Origin: an uncultured bacterium
GTDB taxonomy: Bacteria; Oederibacteriota; Oederibacteriia; Oederibacteriales; Oederibacteriaceae
NCBI GenBank assembly: GCA_965112635.1
Contig: OZ218778.1
Span: 1,856,001 to 1,920,000 of the forward strand
Direction: 5' to 3'
Length of the DNA: 64,000 nucleotides
Position 1 is the stretch's first letter. Each line of letters begins with the position of its first letter. The notes beneath the pieces were generated by a model that was given only the letters and a program-made list of their open reading frames with translations, did no database searches and was not told the DNA's origin. The translations under genes were made by a program, and so were the position numbers. Of the stretch, positions 8,561 to 19,181 are shown one piece after another.

Positions 8561-10153
8561 ATGCCGAATTATAAGATCATAGTCCTGGATCCACTAGCCG
8601 AGGAAGGGCTACAGGCCTTAAAAGCCGAGAAGGACATCGAGGTGGAGGTTAAACTCAAGCTGCCTCCCGAGGAGATCAAGAAGATCATTGGCGGCTATGA
8701 CGCCGCCATTGTCCGGAGCGAGACCAAGCTAACGGCAGATGTTCTGGAGGCCGGAAAAAAATTAAAGATCGTGGGCCGGGCCGGTGTAGGTTTAGACAAT
8801 ATCGATATAGCTGCCGCTACCCAAAGAGGGATCATTGTCACCAACTCGCCGGATGCCAATACCCTGTCCACGGCCGAGCTGACCATGAGCATGATCCTGG
8901 CCTTATCCCGCAAGATCGTCCAGGCTGACGCGTCGCTAAGAGCGGGCAAGTGGGAACGCAGCAAATTTACCGGCGTGGAACTCTATGACAAAACTCTTGG
9001 GATCGTGGGACTGGGCCGTATCGGCAAGGAAGTGGCCAAGCGGGCCATGTCCTTCGGGATGCAGGTCATTGGCTATGACCCCTATGTGACCGAAGAGCAG
9101 GCGAAAAAAGTTCAGATAGAGCTAGTTCCTATGGAAGAGATCATCAAAAGGTCGGATTTTATCACGGTCCATGTGCCTTTGACCAAGGACACCACCAAGC
9201 TCTTCGGGGCCAAGGAAATGAGTCAAATGAAAAAGGGCGTCAGGCTCATCAACTGCGCGCGCGGAGGTATTTATGATGAGAAGGCGCTTTTTGATGCCTT
9301 GCAGAGCGGGCAGGTGGCTGGCGTGGCTCTCGATGTTTATGAAAAGGAGCCACCCGTGGATAATCCTCTCCTGACCCTAGCCAATGTGGTCGTGGTCCCG
9401 CATTTGGGCGCTTCCACGGAAGAGGCCCAGAAAAAGGTCGGCAAACAGATCGCCGAGCAGATTATTGCGGGATTAAAGGGGGGGCCAAACTTGAGAGCGG
9501 TCAACGTGCCGTCCATCGACCCGGTCCTTCTCAAGGAGCTTAAACCCTACCTGGATCTCACGGAAAAGCTCGGCCGATTCATTGCCCAGCTGGCAGAAGG
9601 GCCCATCAAAACCCTCAAGATCGTTTATTCCGGGGATGTCCTGCATTATGACCTGTCGCCTTTGACCGTCAGCGGCCTCAAGGGGGTATTGGAAGTACAG
9701 ATCAAGGAAGCGGTTAATTTTGTCAACGCCGGAGTGATCGCCAAACAGCGCGGCCTCGAGGTCGTGGAGTCCCGAAGCACCCAACCCACCGATTATTCCA
9801 GTTTGATCTCCTTTAAAGCTGAGGGGGAGGGCGGCAAGAGTTTCGTGGTTTCAGGGACCCTGCATGATAAAAAGGACCCCCGCTTTGTGAACATAAACGG
9901 CTATGACACGGATGTGGAGCCGACCCAATATATGATAGTGCTGTCCCACTTGGACAAGCCCGGCATCGTCGGTCACCTGGGCACCATTTTAGGGGCCCAT
10001 CAGGTCAATATCGCAGGTCTTTATGTGGGCCGGGAAAAGATCGGCGGCAAGGCCGTGGCGGTCCTGACCGTGGATACTGAAGTTTCCGGGGAAGTCCTAG
10101 GGGAGCTTTCTAAACATAAGAATATAGAAAAGGTCCGTCTGGTCAGGATGTAA
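8561..10153 (+). CDS. serA: D-3-phosphoglycerate dehydrogenase (type I, with ASB and ACT domains)
   Basis: GRAGVGLDNID, GIVGLGRIG, INCARGG, PHLGASTEEAQ, C-terminal ACT DKPGIVG; SD AAGGAG before ATG 8561. Confidence 0.97.
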   Translation: MPNYKIIVLDPLAEEGLQALKAEKDIEVEVKLKLPPEEIKKIIGGYDAAIVRSETKLTADVLEAGKKLKIVGRAGVGLDNIDIAAATQRGIIVTNSPDANTLSTAELTMSMILALSRKIVQADASLRAGKWERSKFTGVELYDKTLGIVGLGRIGKEVAKRAMSFGMQVIGYDPYVTEEQAKKVQIELVPMEEIIKRSDFITVHVPLTKDTTKLFGAKEMSQMKKGVRLINCARGGIYDEKALFDALQSGQVAGVALDVYEKEPPVDNPLLTLANVVVVPHLGASTEEAQKKVGKQIAEQIIAGLKGGPNLRAVNVPSIDPVLLKELKPYLDLTEKLGRFIAQLAEGPIKTLKIVYSGDVLHYDLSPLTVSGLKGVLEVQIKEAVNFVNAGVIAKQRGLEVVESRSTQPTDYSSLISFKAEGEGGKSFVVSGTLHDKKDPRFVNINGYDTDVEPTQYMIVLSHLDKPGIVGHLGTILGAHQVNIAGLYVGREKIGGKAVAVLTVDTEVSGEVLGELSKHKNIEKVRLVRM

Positions 10154-10186
10154 TCCCCTGTAAACAAGGGGTGTCCGGTGCTTCAG

Positions 10187-10224
10187 GCCCTTCCCTTGAC
10201 AGGGAAGGGCGAGGAGCATAAAAT
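10187..10224 (+). promoter_or_regulatory. Sigma70-type promoter with a perfect 10-bp inverted repeat centred on the -35
   Basis: TTGACA(10196)-17 bp-TAAAAT(10219); GCCCTTCCCT-TGAC-AGGGAAGGGC at 10187-10210. Confidence 0.7.
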
Positions 10225-10246
10225 ACTTTTGGTTTCAGGGTATTTA

Positions 10247-10280
10247 AAAGAGGTGTCTCGGTTAGGGCGCCTCTTTTTTT
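10247..10280 (+). terminator. Intrinsic terminator between serA and purA (possible attenuator)
   Basis: AAAGAGGTGTCT-CGGTT-AGGGCGCCTCTTTTTTT, ending 28 nt before the purA ATG. Confidence 0.8.
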
Positions 10281-10308
10281 GTGCGCATTTCATTTCCAAA
10301 GGGGTCTT

Positions 10309-11604
10309 ATGGCCAATATTGTCGTGGTGGGTTCCCAGTGGGGTGACGAGGGCAAAGGAAAAATAGTCGACTTCTTGACCAGCAAAGCCGACGTGGTTGC
10401 CAGATACCAGGGCGGCAGCAACGCAGGCCATGAGGTGGTGGTAGGGGACGAACATTATGTCCTGCATCTTATTCCTTCCGGAATCCTCCATAAAGGCAAA
10501 GTCTGCCTCATCGGCAACGGCGTGGTCATCGACCCCAAGGCCCTTCTGGAGGAGATGTTGGACCTCCAAAAAAAGGGTTTCCGCATCCAGGGCAACCTGT
10601 TCATCAGCGAAGCAGCCCATGTGACCTTTCCTTACCACCGGGTCCTGGACGAGGCCAAAGAAATGAAGCGGGGTGGAACCCGCATCGGCACGACCCATCG
10701 CGGTATTGGGCCGACCTATTCGGACAAGATGGGCAGGGTCGGCATCCGCGTGATAGACCTGATGGAGCCAAGGACCCTCAAAGCCAAACTTTACAAAAAT
10801 GTTGAAGAGAAGAACGCTTTGTTCGCCCACTTTTACGGGATCAAACCCCTTTCAGCCAAAAAGATCTACCGGGAATACCTCGGCTACGCGAAAAAACTCC
10901 GACCTTTGGTGGCAGACACTTCGGTGTTGCTGGACCAGGCCTTTAAAAAAGGCAAAAGCGTCCTGCTAGAGGGCGCCCAGGGCACCTTTCTGGATGTTGA
11001 TTTTGGGACCTATCCTTTTGTTACGGCTTCCAACCCGATTGCCGGAGGAGCCTGCATTGGCCTGGGGTTTGGACCCAGCAAAGTGGACAAGGTCATCGGC
11101 GTGATGAAGGCCTATACAACCAGAGTCGGTTTTGGGCCTTTCCCCACGGAGTTCCCGGCCAAGCTGGGGGAGCAGGTCAGAGAAAAGGGAAATGAATACG
11201 GCCGGACGACTGGCCGGGCGAGACGGTGCGGCTGGCTGGACCTGGTTCTCCTCAAAAGGGCGGTCAGGGTCAATGGCTTGACCGGGATTGCGGTCACCAA
11301 GCTGGACATCCTAGATGATATGGCCAAGATCAAGATTTGCGTGGCCTACCGTTGCGGAGGGAAGGTCTTCAGAGAGTTCCCCAACAGCTATAGCATGGTA
11401 GAAAAGGCCAAGCCACTATATATAGAAATGCCGGGATGGCAAAGATCCACGGAAAACGTGACCTCCTACCGCGAACTCCCGGTTCAGGCCAGGAGGTATC
11501 TGGAAAAAGTGGCTTCCTTTGTTGGCACCAAAATCTCATTGATCTCGGTCGGGGCCAAGAGAGACCAGATCATCGTGCTCGACCCCGGTCTCAAAAAACA
11601 CTAA
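10309..11604 (+). CDS. purA: Adenylosuccinate synthetase
   Basis: GSQWGDEGKGK, GGSNAGH, EGAQG..LDVDFGTYPFVT, EYGRTTGRARRCGWLD. Confidence 0.98.
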   Translation: MANIVVVGSQWGDEGKGKIVDFLTSKADVVARYQGGSNAGHEVVVGDEHYVLHLIPSGILHKGKVCLIGNGVVIDPKALLEEMLDLQKKGFRIQGNLFISEAAHVTFPYHRVLDEAKEMKRGGTRIGTTHRGIGPTYSDKMGRVGIRVIDLMEPRTLKAKLYKNVEEKNALFAHFYGIKPLSAKKIYREYLGYAKKLRPLVADTSVLLDQAFKKGKSVLLEGAQGTFLDVDFGTYPFVTASNPIAGGACIGLGFGPSKVDKVIGVMKAYTTRVGFGPFPTEFPAKLGEQVREKGNEYGRTTGRARRCGWLDLVLLKRAVRVNGLTGIAVTKLDILDDMAKIKICVAYRCGGKVFREFPNSYSMVEKAKPLYIEMPGWQRSTENVTSYRELPVQARRYLEKVASFVGTKISLISVGAKRDQIIVLDPGLKKH

Positions 11605-11635
11605 TTTGTAAGAGGTTTATAAAGGACGACTTAAA

Positions 11636-12928
11636 GTGAAGTTCATCCGTTTTTCCTTTTATGTATGGTTATTCCTGTTGTGCGCCCCTGCTTTGGCCCA
11701 AAATCAGACCGCCACGCCGATCGATCCCCATTGTGCCCAATTAGCCGAAAAGCATTACCAACAAGGTTTGTCGTTTTGGGATAGAGATTGGAGGAAAAAG
11801 GCCGTTGAGGAATGGACAGCCGCTTTAAAGCTCAATCCCCAGCACGAAGGGGCGACGAAGAAACTGGATGAGGCCAAACATCCGATTTCCCTGGTTGAAG
11901 AAAGTTACCAAAAAGGGCTTTCCTTTTATAAGAGCAGCCAGCTTGACGACGCCCAGAGCCAATGGTCGAACGCCTTAAAGATAGATCCGACTTTTGCCAA
12001 GGCCAAGACCGCCATGGCCATGCTGGCCGAAGAGAAATATCAGGAAGATCGTAATGTGCCTTTTGATGAGTTGGTCCAAAGTAGTTATGAAGAGGCTATG
12101 AAATTATTCCGGCAGGAGAAATATCCAGAGGCTCTGGTCAAGCTCAAGGAGGCAGCTAAGATGGGGCCCAACCAGCCGCAAGTAAATCTTTTATTAAAGA
12201 GATGCCAGGGAAAAATTGACGCAAAAGAAAATGTTGATTCGATCCTAGAACATACAGCCAAAGCCAGGGAGGCCCAGGCTAAAGCTCTGACCGAGACGGC
12301 GCTGGCCGAGTGGGATGAGGTCCTCAAGCTGGACCCGGATGACAAGGAAGCGCGAAACGCCAAGGAAGTCCTGTCTAGTGCCGTTTTGCAAGAGAATGCT
12401 GGACGGATCAAGGCTCTCCTGGCCAAGGCCCGGCAACTGGGAGACCAGGGAGACTGGGTAGGCGCGAAGAAATGTTATGAGGATGTCCTGGCTTTGAACC
12501 CTGCAGATCAGGAAGCCCAGGAGGGGCTGGCGCAGGCCAAGACCAAGCTCGAAGCCAAGAGTGCAACAATAGAGATCGCCAGTCTTTTGAAGCAGGCGCA
12601 AGAAGCCTTTGACCAAAAGGATTTCAGGCAGGCCAAAAAGTTTTACCAGCAGGTCCTAGACCTTGATCCAAAACAGGCCGAGGCCCTGGCGGGCATGGAC
12701 AGGCTGAGCGACGAGGAAAACCCCATGTCCTCGGATGCTTTTAAGAACGAACATTACAATAATGGGATAGGCTTATACACCTCGACTAATTACACCGAGG
12801 CGCTCAAGGAGTTCCGGGCCGTTCCAGATAACGATCCGGCCTTTGAACAGGCGCAGAAACACATCAAGTCCATCAAGGCAATCATGGAAGGTCCAAAGGA
12901 AGGGGCCCATGCGACACCAACGCCTTAG
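11636..12928 (+). CDS. Exported tetratricopeptide repeat protein
   Basis: Signal peptide plus several TPR-like units (A..W..AL.LDP....A). Confidence 0.85.
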   Translation: MKFIRFSFYVWLFLLCAPALAQNQTATPIDPHCAQLAEKHYQQGLSFWDRDWRKKAVEEWTAALKLNPQHEGATKKLDEAKHPISLVEESYQKGLSFYKSSQLDDAQSQWSNALKIDPTFAKAKTAMAMLAEEKYQEDRNVPFDELVQSSYEEAMKLFRQEKYPEALVKLKEAAKMGPNQPQVNLLLKRCQGKIDAKENVDSILEHTAKAREAQAKALTETALAEWDEVLKLDPDDKEARNAKEVLSSAVLQENAGRIKALLAKARQLGDQGDWVGAKKCYEDVLALNPADQEAQEGLAQAKTKLEAKSATIEIASLLKQAQEAFDQKDFRQAKKFYQQVLDLDPKQAEALAGMDRLSDEENPMSSDAFKNEHYNNGIGLYTSTNYTEALKEFRAVPDNDPAFEQAQKHIKSIKAIMEGPKEGAHATPTP

Positions 12929-14852
12929 CATTCTCTGTCTGTCCGCCTGTCTAGTGCTGTTCTGTATGGGCGGCGCAAGCACGGACAAACCGGCGAACAA
13001 ATTCTTTTCCCTTAAGCAAAAGGACGGCAGGACCTGGTTGGCCGACCCGGACGGTAAGATCTTTTACAGTATGGGGGTCAACATGGTGGTGCCTTCGGAT
13101 TATTCGCCCGACAGCCAGGCCAAATTCTACACCTGGCTTAAAAAACATCTCTATTTTCTGAGCCGGGAGGAGTGGGGGAAATCGGCGGTGGAACAGGTGA
13201 AAAAGTTCGGGTTCAACACCCTGGGCGCTTGGTCCGACGAAGTCACCTTTCACAAGGGCCTTCCTTTCACAGTGGACATGGGGCTCACGGCCGAAAAAGG
13301 TGAGGAACAGGAAAGCGGCCAGGCTTCCAATCTGGTGGATGTATTCGACCCGGTTTGGGAAAGCATGGTCCATAAAAAAGTGGTCAGTGTGGTGGAGCTC
13401 TACAAGGACGACCCCGACCTCATCGGCTATTTCACGGACAACGAACTTCCGTGGTACGGTTCCAAAGACCAATACACGGCCGGGCCGGACCTTTTTAACC
13501 AATACTTGTCTCTTCCAGCCGAGGCGCCGGGCAAGAAGTTTTTGATCCAGTTCCTGATGGATCGTTACCATTCCGACATCCAACAGATCAACGCGGCCTG
13601 GAAGACGGAGATGTCCAATTTCGAGAACCTAGGGGGCCCCCAGCTGCTGAGCAAGACCGAAGCGGCCGTGATCAGGGACAGCCGGGATTTCGAGGCGCTC
13701 GTGTTCAATAAATATTTTGAGATCACCACCAAGGCCATCCGTGCTATCGATCCCAACCACCTCATTCTCGGATGCCGTTTCCTGGAAAAGGTGCCTGACG
13801 ACGCCGTTGCGGCTTGCGGGAAATACTGCGACATCGTTTCGGTCAACCATTTCAGCGGGTCGGGCCGGGTCAACCGCCACCTGCTGGACCGGATCTTCCT
13901 GGTCTCCGGCAAACCGATATTGATCACGGAGTTCTCTTTCCGGGCCACCGAAAACCAGAGCAACGACAGGAACCTCGTGGGGCCGAGCGTGACGGTCAAG
14001 ACCCAGAAAGAACGCGCGGAACACTACAGAAGTTATGTTTTGAGCGCCCTGCCGCTCCCCTATGTGGTCGGCTGTCACTGGTACCAGTTCTTTGACGACC
14101 CGGACCTGGGGAGATGGGACGGCGAGGACAGCAATTTTGGCCTCGTGGACGTGGAGGGGAAGGAATACGAGGACCTTAAAAAAGCCGCAATCGAGCTGAA
14201 TAGCGCAGCGATCAAGACCAGGATGGAAAGCCCGGTCTATTCTTTTCCTTTGACCGCAACAGGGCAGGCCAATAATCCCGCGGGTCTGACCCAGGTCCAC
14301 AACGCGGATGAGTTCAAGGTCTTCAATGATTTCACCCAGCCGTCCCCTGATACCCAGGTCTGGATAGACAAGGCGCGGGGCGGGGTTTGTTCCTGGGAAA
14401 ACGCAGGCGGAAGCCTCAAGCTGACCTATGATCCAGGCAAGGGCAAAGGAATTAAAGTAAGTATTTTCTCCAGCATGGGAGAGGCGGCGGATAAAAGCAA
14501 GAACATGTCCGGGATGGGCGTCCTCAGCTTCACAGCCAGCCTTCCTCAGGACACGGTTTTCTACTTATTTATCAACGAGTCCGGTTTTGATGCTGCAGCC
14601 AGTGCCGGGTTTAAAGGGGTAGCCGGCGCGGATGGCGAATCCTTTGGGATCACCCACAGGCTTTACGGGCGTGGAGGGGATGCGGTATCCTATGTGGTCC
14701 CGCTGGTTGATTTTGAGCAGCGCTGGGAAGCTGGCAACCAAGAGGGAAACCAAACCTTGGATCTCCAGGCTATCAAGTCTGTGGACCTGTATATTCCCGG
14801 AGGCCAGTCGGCCGGGGTCGCGGTTATCAAGAGCGTTTATTTTACCCGTTGA
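12909..14852 (+). CDS. Exported clan GH-A glycoside hydrolase (GH50 agarase-like/GH42-like) with a C-terminal beta-sandwich
   Basis: GFNTLGAWS, GYFTDNELPW (acid/base), DPNHLILGCRF, PILITEFS (nucleophile), VGCHWYQFFD, GEDSNFGLVD. Confidence 0.75.
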   Translation: MRHQRLSILCLSACLVLFCMGGASTDKPANKFFSLKQKDGRTWLADPDGKIFYSMGVNMVVPSDYSPDSQAKFYTWLKKHLYFLSREEWGKSAVEQVKKFGFNTLGAWSDEVTFHKGLPFTVDMGLTAEKGEEQESGQASNLVDVFDPVWESMVHKKVVSVVELYKDDPDLIGYFTDNELPWYGSKDQYTAGPDLFNQYLSLPAEAPGKKFLIQFLMDRYHSDIQQINAAWKTEMSNFENLGGPQLLSKTEAAVIRDSRDFEALVFNKYFEITTKAIRAIDPNHLILGCRFLEKVPDDAVAACGKYCDIVSVNHFSGSGRVNRHLLDRIFLVSGKPILITEFSFRATENQSNDRNLVGPSVTVKTQKERAEHYRSYVLSALPLPYVVGCHWYQFFDDPDLGRWDGEDSNFGLVDVEGKEYEDLKKAAIELNSAAIKTRMESPVYSFPLTATGQANNPAGLTQVHNADEFKVFNDFTQPSPDTQVWIDKARGGVCSWENAGGSLKLTYDPGKGKGIKVSIFSSMGEAADKSKNMSGMGVLSFTASLPQDTVFYLFINESGFDAAASAGFKGVAGADGESFGITHRLYGRGGDAVSYVVPLVDFEQRWEAGNQEGNQTLDLQAIKSVDLYIPGGQSAGVAVIKSVYFTR

Positions 14853-14888
14853 GACTTCTAATAAAAGCTCGCGAAAGGAGGCGTTATT

Positions 14889-15455
14889 TTGCAGGTCAAA
14901 GCTGGTGTGATGGGCGCGGCGGGAGGGAAAATGTCCGCTGAAGCCAAGAAGAAATCCTATATGCTGGGCCGTGCCTTAGCTGAGGCCGGTTGCGTCGTGG
15001 TCACGGGAGGATGTCCCGGCCTGCCCTCAGAGGCCACCCGCGGGGCCAAATATGCCGGGGGCCTGACCCTGGGCATTTCTCCGGGCCTTAATCTCCAGGA
15101 ACATGTGGAGCTTTACAAGTCTCCCACAGAATACCTGGATATCCTCATTTTCACCGGGTCGGGCTTGATGGGCCGAGAAGTCATCGGCGTCAGGAGCTGC
15201 GACATTATCTTCATCGTAGGGGGTCGTTCCGGCACCCTGGGTGAGTTCAGTATCGCCTACGACGAGGGGCTGCCCATCGGAGTTTTAGAAGGGACGGGCG
15301 GCATCACCCTGGGCTTGAGGCAGGTGCAAAAGCTCGTCAACAAGAAAACGGGCAGCGTGGTGCTTTACGACAAAGACCCCTACCAGCTGGTACGGCGGCT
15401 ACTCAAAGAGCATGAAAAACACAAAATCAGAAAGATCAATTATTCCGCGGGGTAA
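14889..15455 (+). CDS. LOG/SLOG family protein (TIGR00725-like)
   Basis: VVTGGCPGLP, GRSGTLGEFSIAY; SD AAGGAGG before TTG. Confidence 0.85.
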   Translation: MQVKAGVMGAAGGKMSAEAKKKSYMLGRALAEAGCVVVTGGCPGLPSEATRGAKYAGGLTLGISPGLNLQEHVELYKSPTEYLDILIFTGSGLMGREVIGVRSCDIIFIVGGRSGTLGEFSIAYDEGLPIGVLEGTGGITLGLRQVQKLVNKKTGSVVLYDKDPYQLVRRLLKEHEKHKIRKINYSAG

Positions 15456-16317
15456 ATTTTTCCTCTTTTTTTGTCTGGCTGTCATAACGCCATGCCTGGC
15501 TTGGGCCGGGGACAGGGTCTATTTTGATGTTCCCAATGCCCGGTATAACGCCGGAGATACCATCCTTGTGAAATACCAGACAAGCCGCAGGCCGTCCTTC
15601 CCGCGTCTTAAATTCCTCGGGCAAAATATCTCCCTTTATCTGGCTAAACAAGGCCCCAAAGGCCGGTTGTATCAAGGGCTGGTGGGAATACCTGTGGAGA
15701 CCAAACCCGGCAGGTATGCTTTGGATCTTAGCTTGGACCCCAAGAACAAGCTTATGGATATCCACCAAACCATAGAGGTCGGCAAAGAGGGGCTTCCCGC
15801 CAAATTGGTCAAGCTCCAGGTCCCCTCCCTGACCGCTCAAGGTTTGGAGGTGCTGTCCAAGGAAACAGGACAGCTGAAAAAAACCATTAAATCCAAACCG
15901 CGGGACAGGATGTGGAGAGGGACCTTCATCATCCCGGTAAAAGGCAGGATCTCAGGCTATTTCGGGGAAAAAAGGGTTTATAACAAAGGTTTGGCTACCT
16001 GGTATCACAAGGGAGTAGATATCGCGGCGCCAGCCAATACTCCCATCAAGGCTTCCAACCGGGGCGTGGTGATCCTGGCCGAGAAATTACAGGAGCACGG
16101 CAACACGGTCATGATCGACCACGGCCTGGGCGTGAACAGCATTTACCTGCACCTCGGCAGGCTTAAGGTCAAGCCCGGCCAGACCGTGGCCAAGGGTCAG
16201 GTCATCGGCCTGGTAGGCACATCGGGCATTTCCACAGGTAATCATTTGCACTGGGGCATCCAGGTCCACGGAGTAGCGGTCAATCCGGTGCAATGGCTGA
16301 AAAAGACCTTTTTCTGA
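15412..16317 (+). CDS. M23 family metallopeptidase
   Basis: HKGVDIA and HLHW zinc motifs, YLHL; N-terminal signal. Confidence 0.92.
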   Translation: MKNTKSERSIIPRGKFFLFFCLAVITPCLAWAGDRVYFDVPNARYNAGDTILVKYQTSRRPSFPRLKFLGQNISLYLAKQGPKGRLYQGLVGIPVETKPGRYALDLSLDPKNKLMDIHQTIEVGKEGLPAKLVKLQVPSLTAQGLEVLSKETGQLKKTIKSKPRDRMWRGTFIIPVKGRISGYFGEKRVYNKGLATWYHKGVDIAAPANTPIKASNRGVVILAEKLQEHGNTVMIDHGLGVNSIYLHLGRLKVKPGQTVAKGQVIGLVGTSGISTGNHLHWGIQVHGVAVNPVQWLKKTFF

Positions 16318-16340
16318 ACTTCCTCGCCGGGTTGTATCTG

Positions 16341-16369
16341 TTGGAAAAGGGTGCAGGCGGGTCTATAAT
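16341..16369 (+). promoter_or_regulatory. Sigma70-type promoter of secA
   Basis: TTGGAA-17 bp-TATAAT. Confidence 0.55.
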
Positions 16370-16411
16370 GATTAATCCGTAATTTTAAGCGATGACGCGA
16401 AAGGATTTTTG

Positions 16412-19057
16412 ATGTTTGGAAAGTTGCTGACCGACATTTTCGGGACCAAGCATGGACGGGCCGTCAAGGTTTTGATGCCCAGGGTCGAGGCTATCAATGC
16501 TGTGGAGCCGCAGATCCAAAAGCTCAGTGATGACGAGCTGAAGAACAAAACAGCCGAGTTCAAGGACCGGTTGAGCCATGGCGAGACTTTGGACGACCTC
16601 CTGGTGGAAGCGTTTGGCGTGGTCAGGGAGGCCAGTAAAAGGACCATGGGAATGAGGCATTTTGACGTCCAGCTTCTGGGCGGCATGTTCCTGCACCAAG
16701 GCAAAATTTCCGAGATGAGGACAGGCGAAGGAAAAACCCTGGTGGCTACCCTGCCTGTTTATCTCAACGCCCTGACCGGCAAGGGCGTGCATGTGGTCAC
16801 GGTCAACGATTACCTGGCCGAGAGGGACAGCCTGGGCAGGGGTAATTTCAAGGGCATGGGAAACATCTACCAGTTCTTAGGGCTGACCGTGGGCTGCATC
16901 AAGCATGACCTGCCTACCCTGGAGCGCCAGGCGGCCTACCACGCGGACATCACCTACGGGACCAATAATGAGTTTGGTTTTGATTATTTGCGGGACAATA
17001 TGGTCACGCACCCACAAGAGCGGGTGCAAAGGGAACTGAATTACGCCATCGTGGACGAAGTGGACAGCATCCTCATTGATGAGGCCAGGACACCCCTCAT
17101 CATTTCAGGGCCAGCCGAGGAATCCACCGATAAATACGTGAAAATCGACCGCATTATCCCCAGGCTCAATCCCTCCACGGACTATAAAGTTGATGAAAAA
17201 AGCAGGACCGTGGCCTTGACCGAGGAAGGCGTGACCAAAGCCGAGAAACTCATCAACGTGGGCAACCTCTATGACAACGTGAACATCGAACTGGTGCACC
17301 ATATCAACCAGGCCTTAAAAGCCCACACTCTTTTCAAGCGGGACGTCGATTATGTGGTGAAGGCCGGAGAGGTCATTATCGTGGATGATTTCACGGGCCG
17401 GCTCATGCCCGGCCGCAGATACAGCGACGGCCTGCACCAGGCTTTGGAGGCCAAGGAAAAGGTCGAGGTGGCCCGGGAGAACCAAACCCTCGCCACGATC
17501 TCTTTCCAAAACTACTTCCGTCTGTACAAGAAGCTTTGCGGAATGACCGGTACGGCGGACACCGAGGCCGCGGAGTTCTGGGAGATCTACAAGCTGGACG
17601 TGGTGGTGGTCCCGACCAACCGGCCCATGGTCCGGGAAGACGCGCCTGACCTTATCTATAAGGACAAAAAGCAGAAGATCAAGGACGTGGTCAACGAGAT
17701 CGCGGAACGGAGCCGCAAGGGACAGCCTGTGCTGGTGGGAACGGTTTCGATAGAGAAGAACGAAGAGCTTTCCGAGGCTTTGAAAAAACGGGGAGTACCC
17801 CATCAGGTCCTCAATGCCAAGCAGCACGAACGCGAAGCCGAGATCATCTCCTTGGCCGGCCAAAAAGGGGCGGTCACGGTAGCCACCAACATGGCCGGCC
17901 GGGGCGTGGATATCGTGCTGGGCGAGGGCGTGGTGGACCTGGGCGGTTTGCATGTCATAGGCACGGAACGGCACGAGAGCAGGCGCATCGACAACCAGCT
18001 CAGAGGACGGTCGGGCCGGCAAGGCGACCCGGGTTCCAGCCGGTTCTACGTGGCTTTTGAAGACGATCTGATGCGCATTTTCGCCAACCAATGGGTCACC
18101 TCGCTGATGGGCAAACTGGACGACCTGGACGGGGCTCTTACAGACCATCCCTGGGTGAGCCGGGGCATCGAAAGGGCCCAAAAGGCCGTGGAAGGGCATA
18201 ACTTTGAGATCCGCAAGCACCTCATTGAGTATGACGACGTGATGAACAAGCAGAGAGAGGTCATTTATAGGGAACGGAGCTTGGTGTTGGAGGGGGCCAA
18301 CCTCAAGCCCCATGTCCTGGAGATGATGCGGGATGTGGTCAGCGAACTGGTCGGACCTTACGCGCCGGCCAAAGTCTATCCCGAAGAATGGCCCCTCAAG
18401 GACCTGCAGGCCAGGGTCAAGCAGGACTTTCCCGTCGTGCTGGACCTGACCGGCGTGGAAATAGTCCGGCTGACCCGTGAAAACCTGGAGAATATCCTAT
18501 ACGACGAACTTTTAAAGGCCTACGAGAACAAGGAAAAAGAGGTCGGGCCGGACACCCTGCGGGAAATAGAAAGAGCGGTCCTTTTGCAGGTTGTGGACAC
18601 CCAGTGGAAAGACCATCTGTACAACATGGACCAGCTCAAGGAAGGCATCGGCCTGCGGGGTTATGGTCAAAAAGACCCTCTGGTGGAATACAAGAGGGAA
18701 GGTTATGAGATGTTCAGCGCTATGATCCAGCGCATCAAGGAAGAGACCGTCCAGTTCATCTTCAAGGTCAAGGTGGTGACCCAGCAGGCTCCAGCCAGCA
18801 GTCTATTGCCCAGGCGTTACAGGGAAGAGCACCCGGAGTTCGACCGGGCCAAGGCTGTGGCTCCCCAGAGGCAGCCGGAGCCCGCGGCAGGTCCTTACGG
18901 CCAGGCGCCTTTTGGAGCGCCGCCAGGTTATCCGCCGCCCCAGGAAGAGTCTAGGGAAAAATTGCAACCCGTCACCAGGGACAAGCCAAAAATTGGGCGT
19001 AATGACCCCTGTTTTTGCGGCAGCGGTAAAAAGTACAAGAAATGCCACGGGGCCTAG
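16412..19057 (+). CDS. secA: Preprotein translocase ATPase SecA
   Basis: [72 protein letters not shown]. Confidence 0.99.
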   Translation: MFGKLLTDIFGTKHGRAVKVLMPRVEAINAVEPQIQKLSDDELKNKTAEFKDRLSHGETLDDLLVEAFGVVREASKRTMGMRHFDVQLLGGMFLHQGKISEMRTGEGKTLVATLPVYLNALTGKGVHVVTVNDYLAERDSLGRGNFKGMGNIYQFLGLTVGCIKHDLPTLERQAAYHADITYGTNNEFGFDYLRDNMVTHPQERVQRELNYAIVDEVDSILIDEARTPLIISGPAEESTDKYVKIDRIIPRLNPSTDYKVDEKSRTVALTEEGVTKAEKLINVGNLYDNVNIELVHHINQALKAHTLFKRDVDYVVKAGEVIIVDDFTGRLMPGRRYSDGLHQALEAKEKVEVARENQTLATISFQNYFRLYKKLCGMTGTADTEAAEFWEIYKLDVVVVPTNRPMVREDAPDLIYKDKKQKIKDVVNEIAERSRKGQPVLVGTVSIEKNEELSEALKKRGVPHQVLNAKQHEREAEIISLAGQKGAVTVATNMAGRGVDIVLGEGVVDLGGLHVIGTERHESRRIDNQLRGRSGRQGDPGSSRFYVAFEDDLMRIFANQWVTSLMGKLDDLDGALTDHPWVSRGIERAQKAVEGHNFEIRKHLIEYDDVMNKQREVIYRERSLVLEGANLKPHVLEMMRDVVSELVGPYAPAKVYPEEWPLKDLQARVKQDFPVVLDLTGVEIVRLTRENLENILYDELLKAYENKEKEVGPDTLREIERAVLLQVVDTQWKDHLYNMDQLKEGIGLRGYGQKDPLVEYKREGYEMFSAMIQRIKEETVQFIFKVKVVTQQAPASSLLPRRYREEHPEFDRAKAVAPQRQPEPAAGPYGQAPFGAPPGYPPPQEESREKLQPVTRDKPKIGRNDPCFCGSGKKYKKCHGA

Positions 19058-19181
19058 TGAACTTGGTATTGGGACTAGACGAGCAGTGTTTTTGGAGAGT
19101 ATGATATCAATTCGTAGGTTTGAGTCTGTTTTTCTGAGCTTCATTAATTTAAATGGTCGGGGAAAGGGAGGTAGGTCAAAG

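Noticed and set aside
17315-18313. Long antisense ORFs inside secA and other GC3-rich genes
   Set aside because: Expected from codon bias; no recognisable motifs.
18912-19181. N-terminal extensions in the ORF track (also at 8471, 10279, 12843, 28774, 30663, 31293, 37185)
   Set aside because: They overlap upstream genes, promoters or terminators; downstream ATGs fit SD, signal peptide or family starts better.
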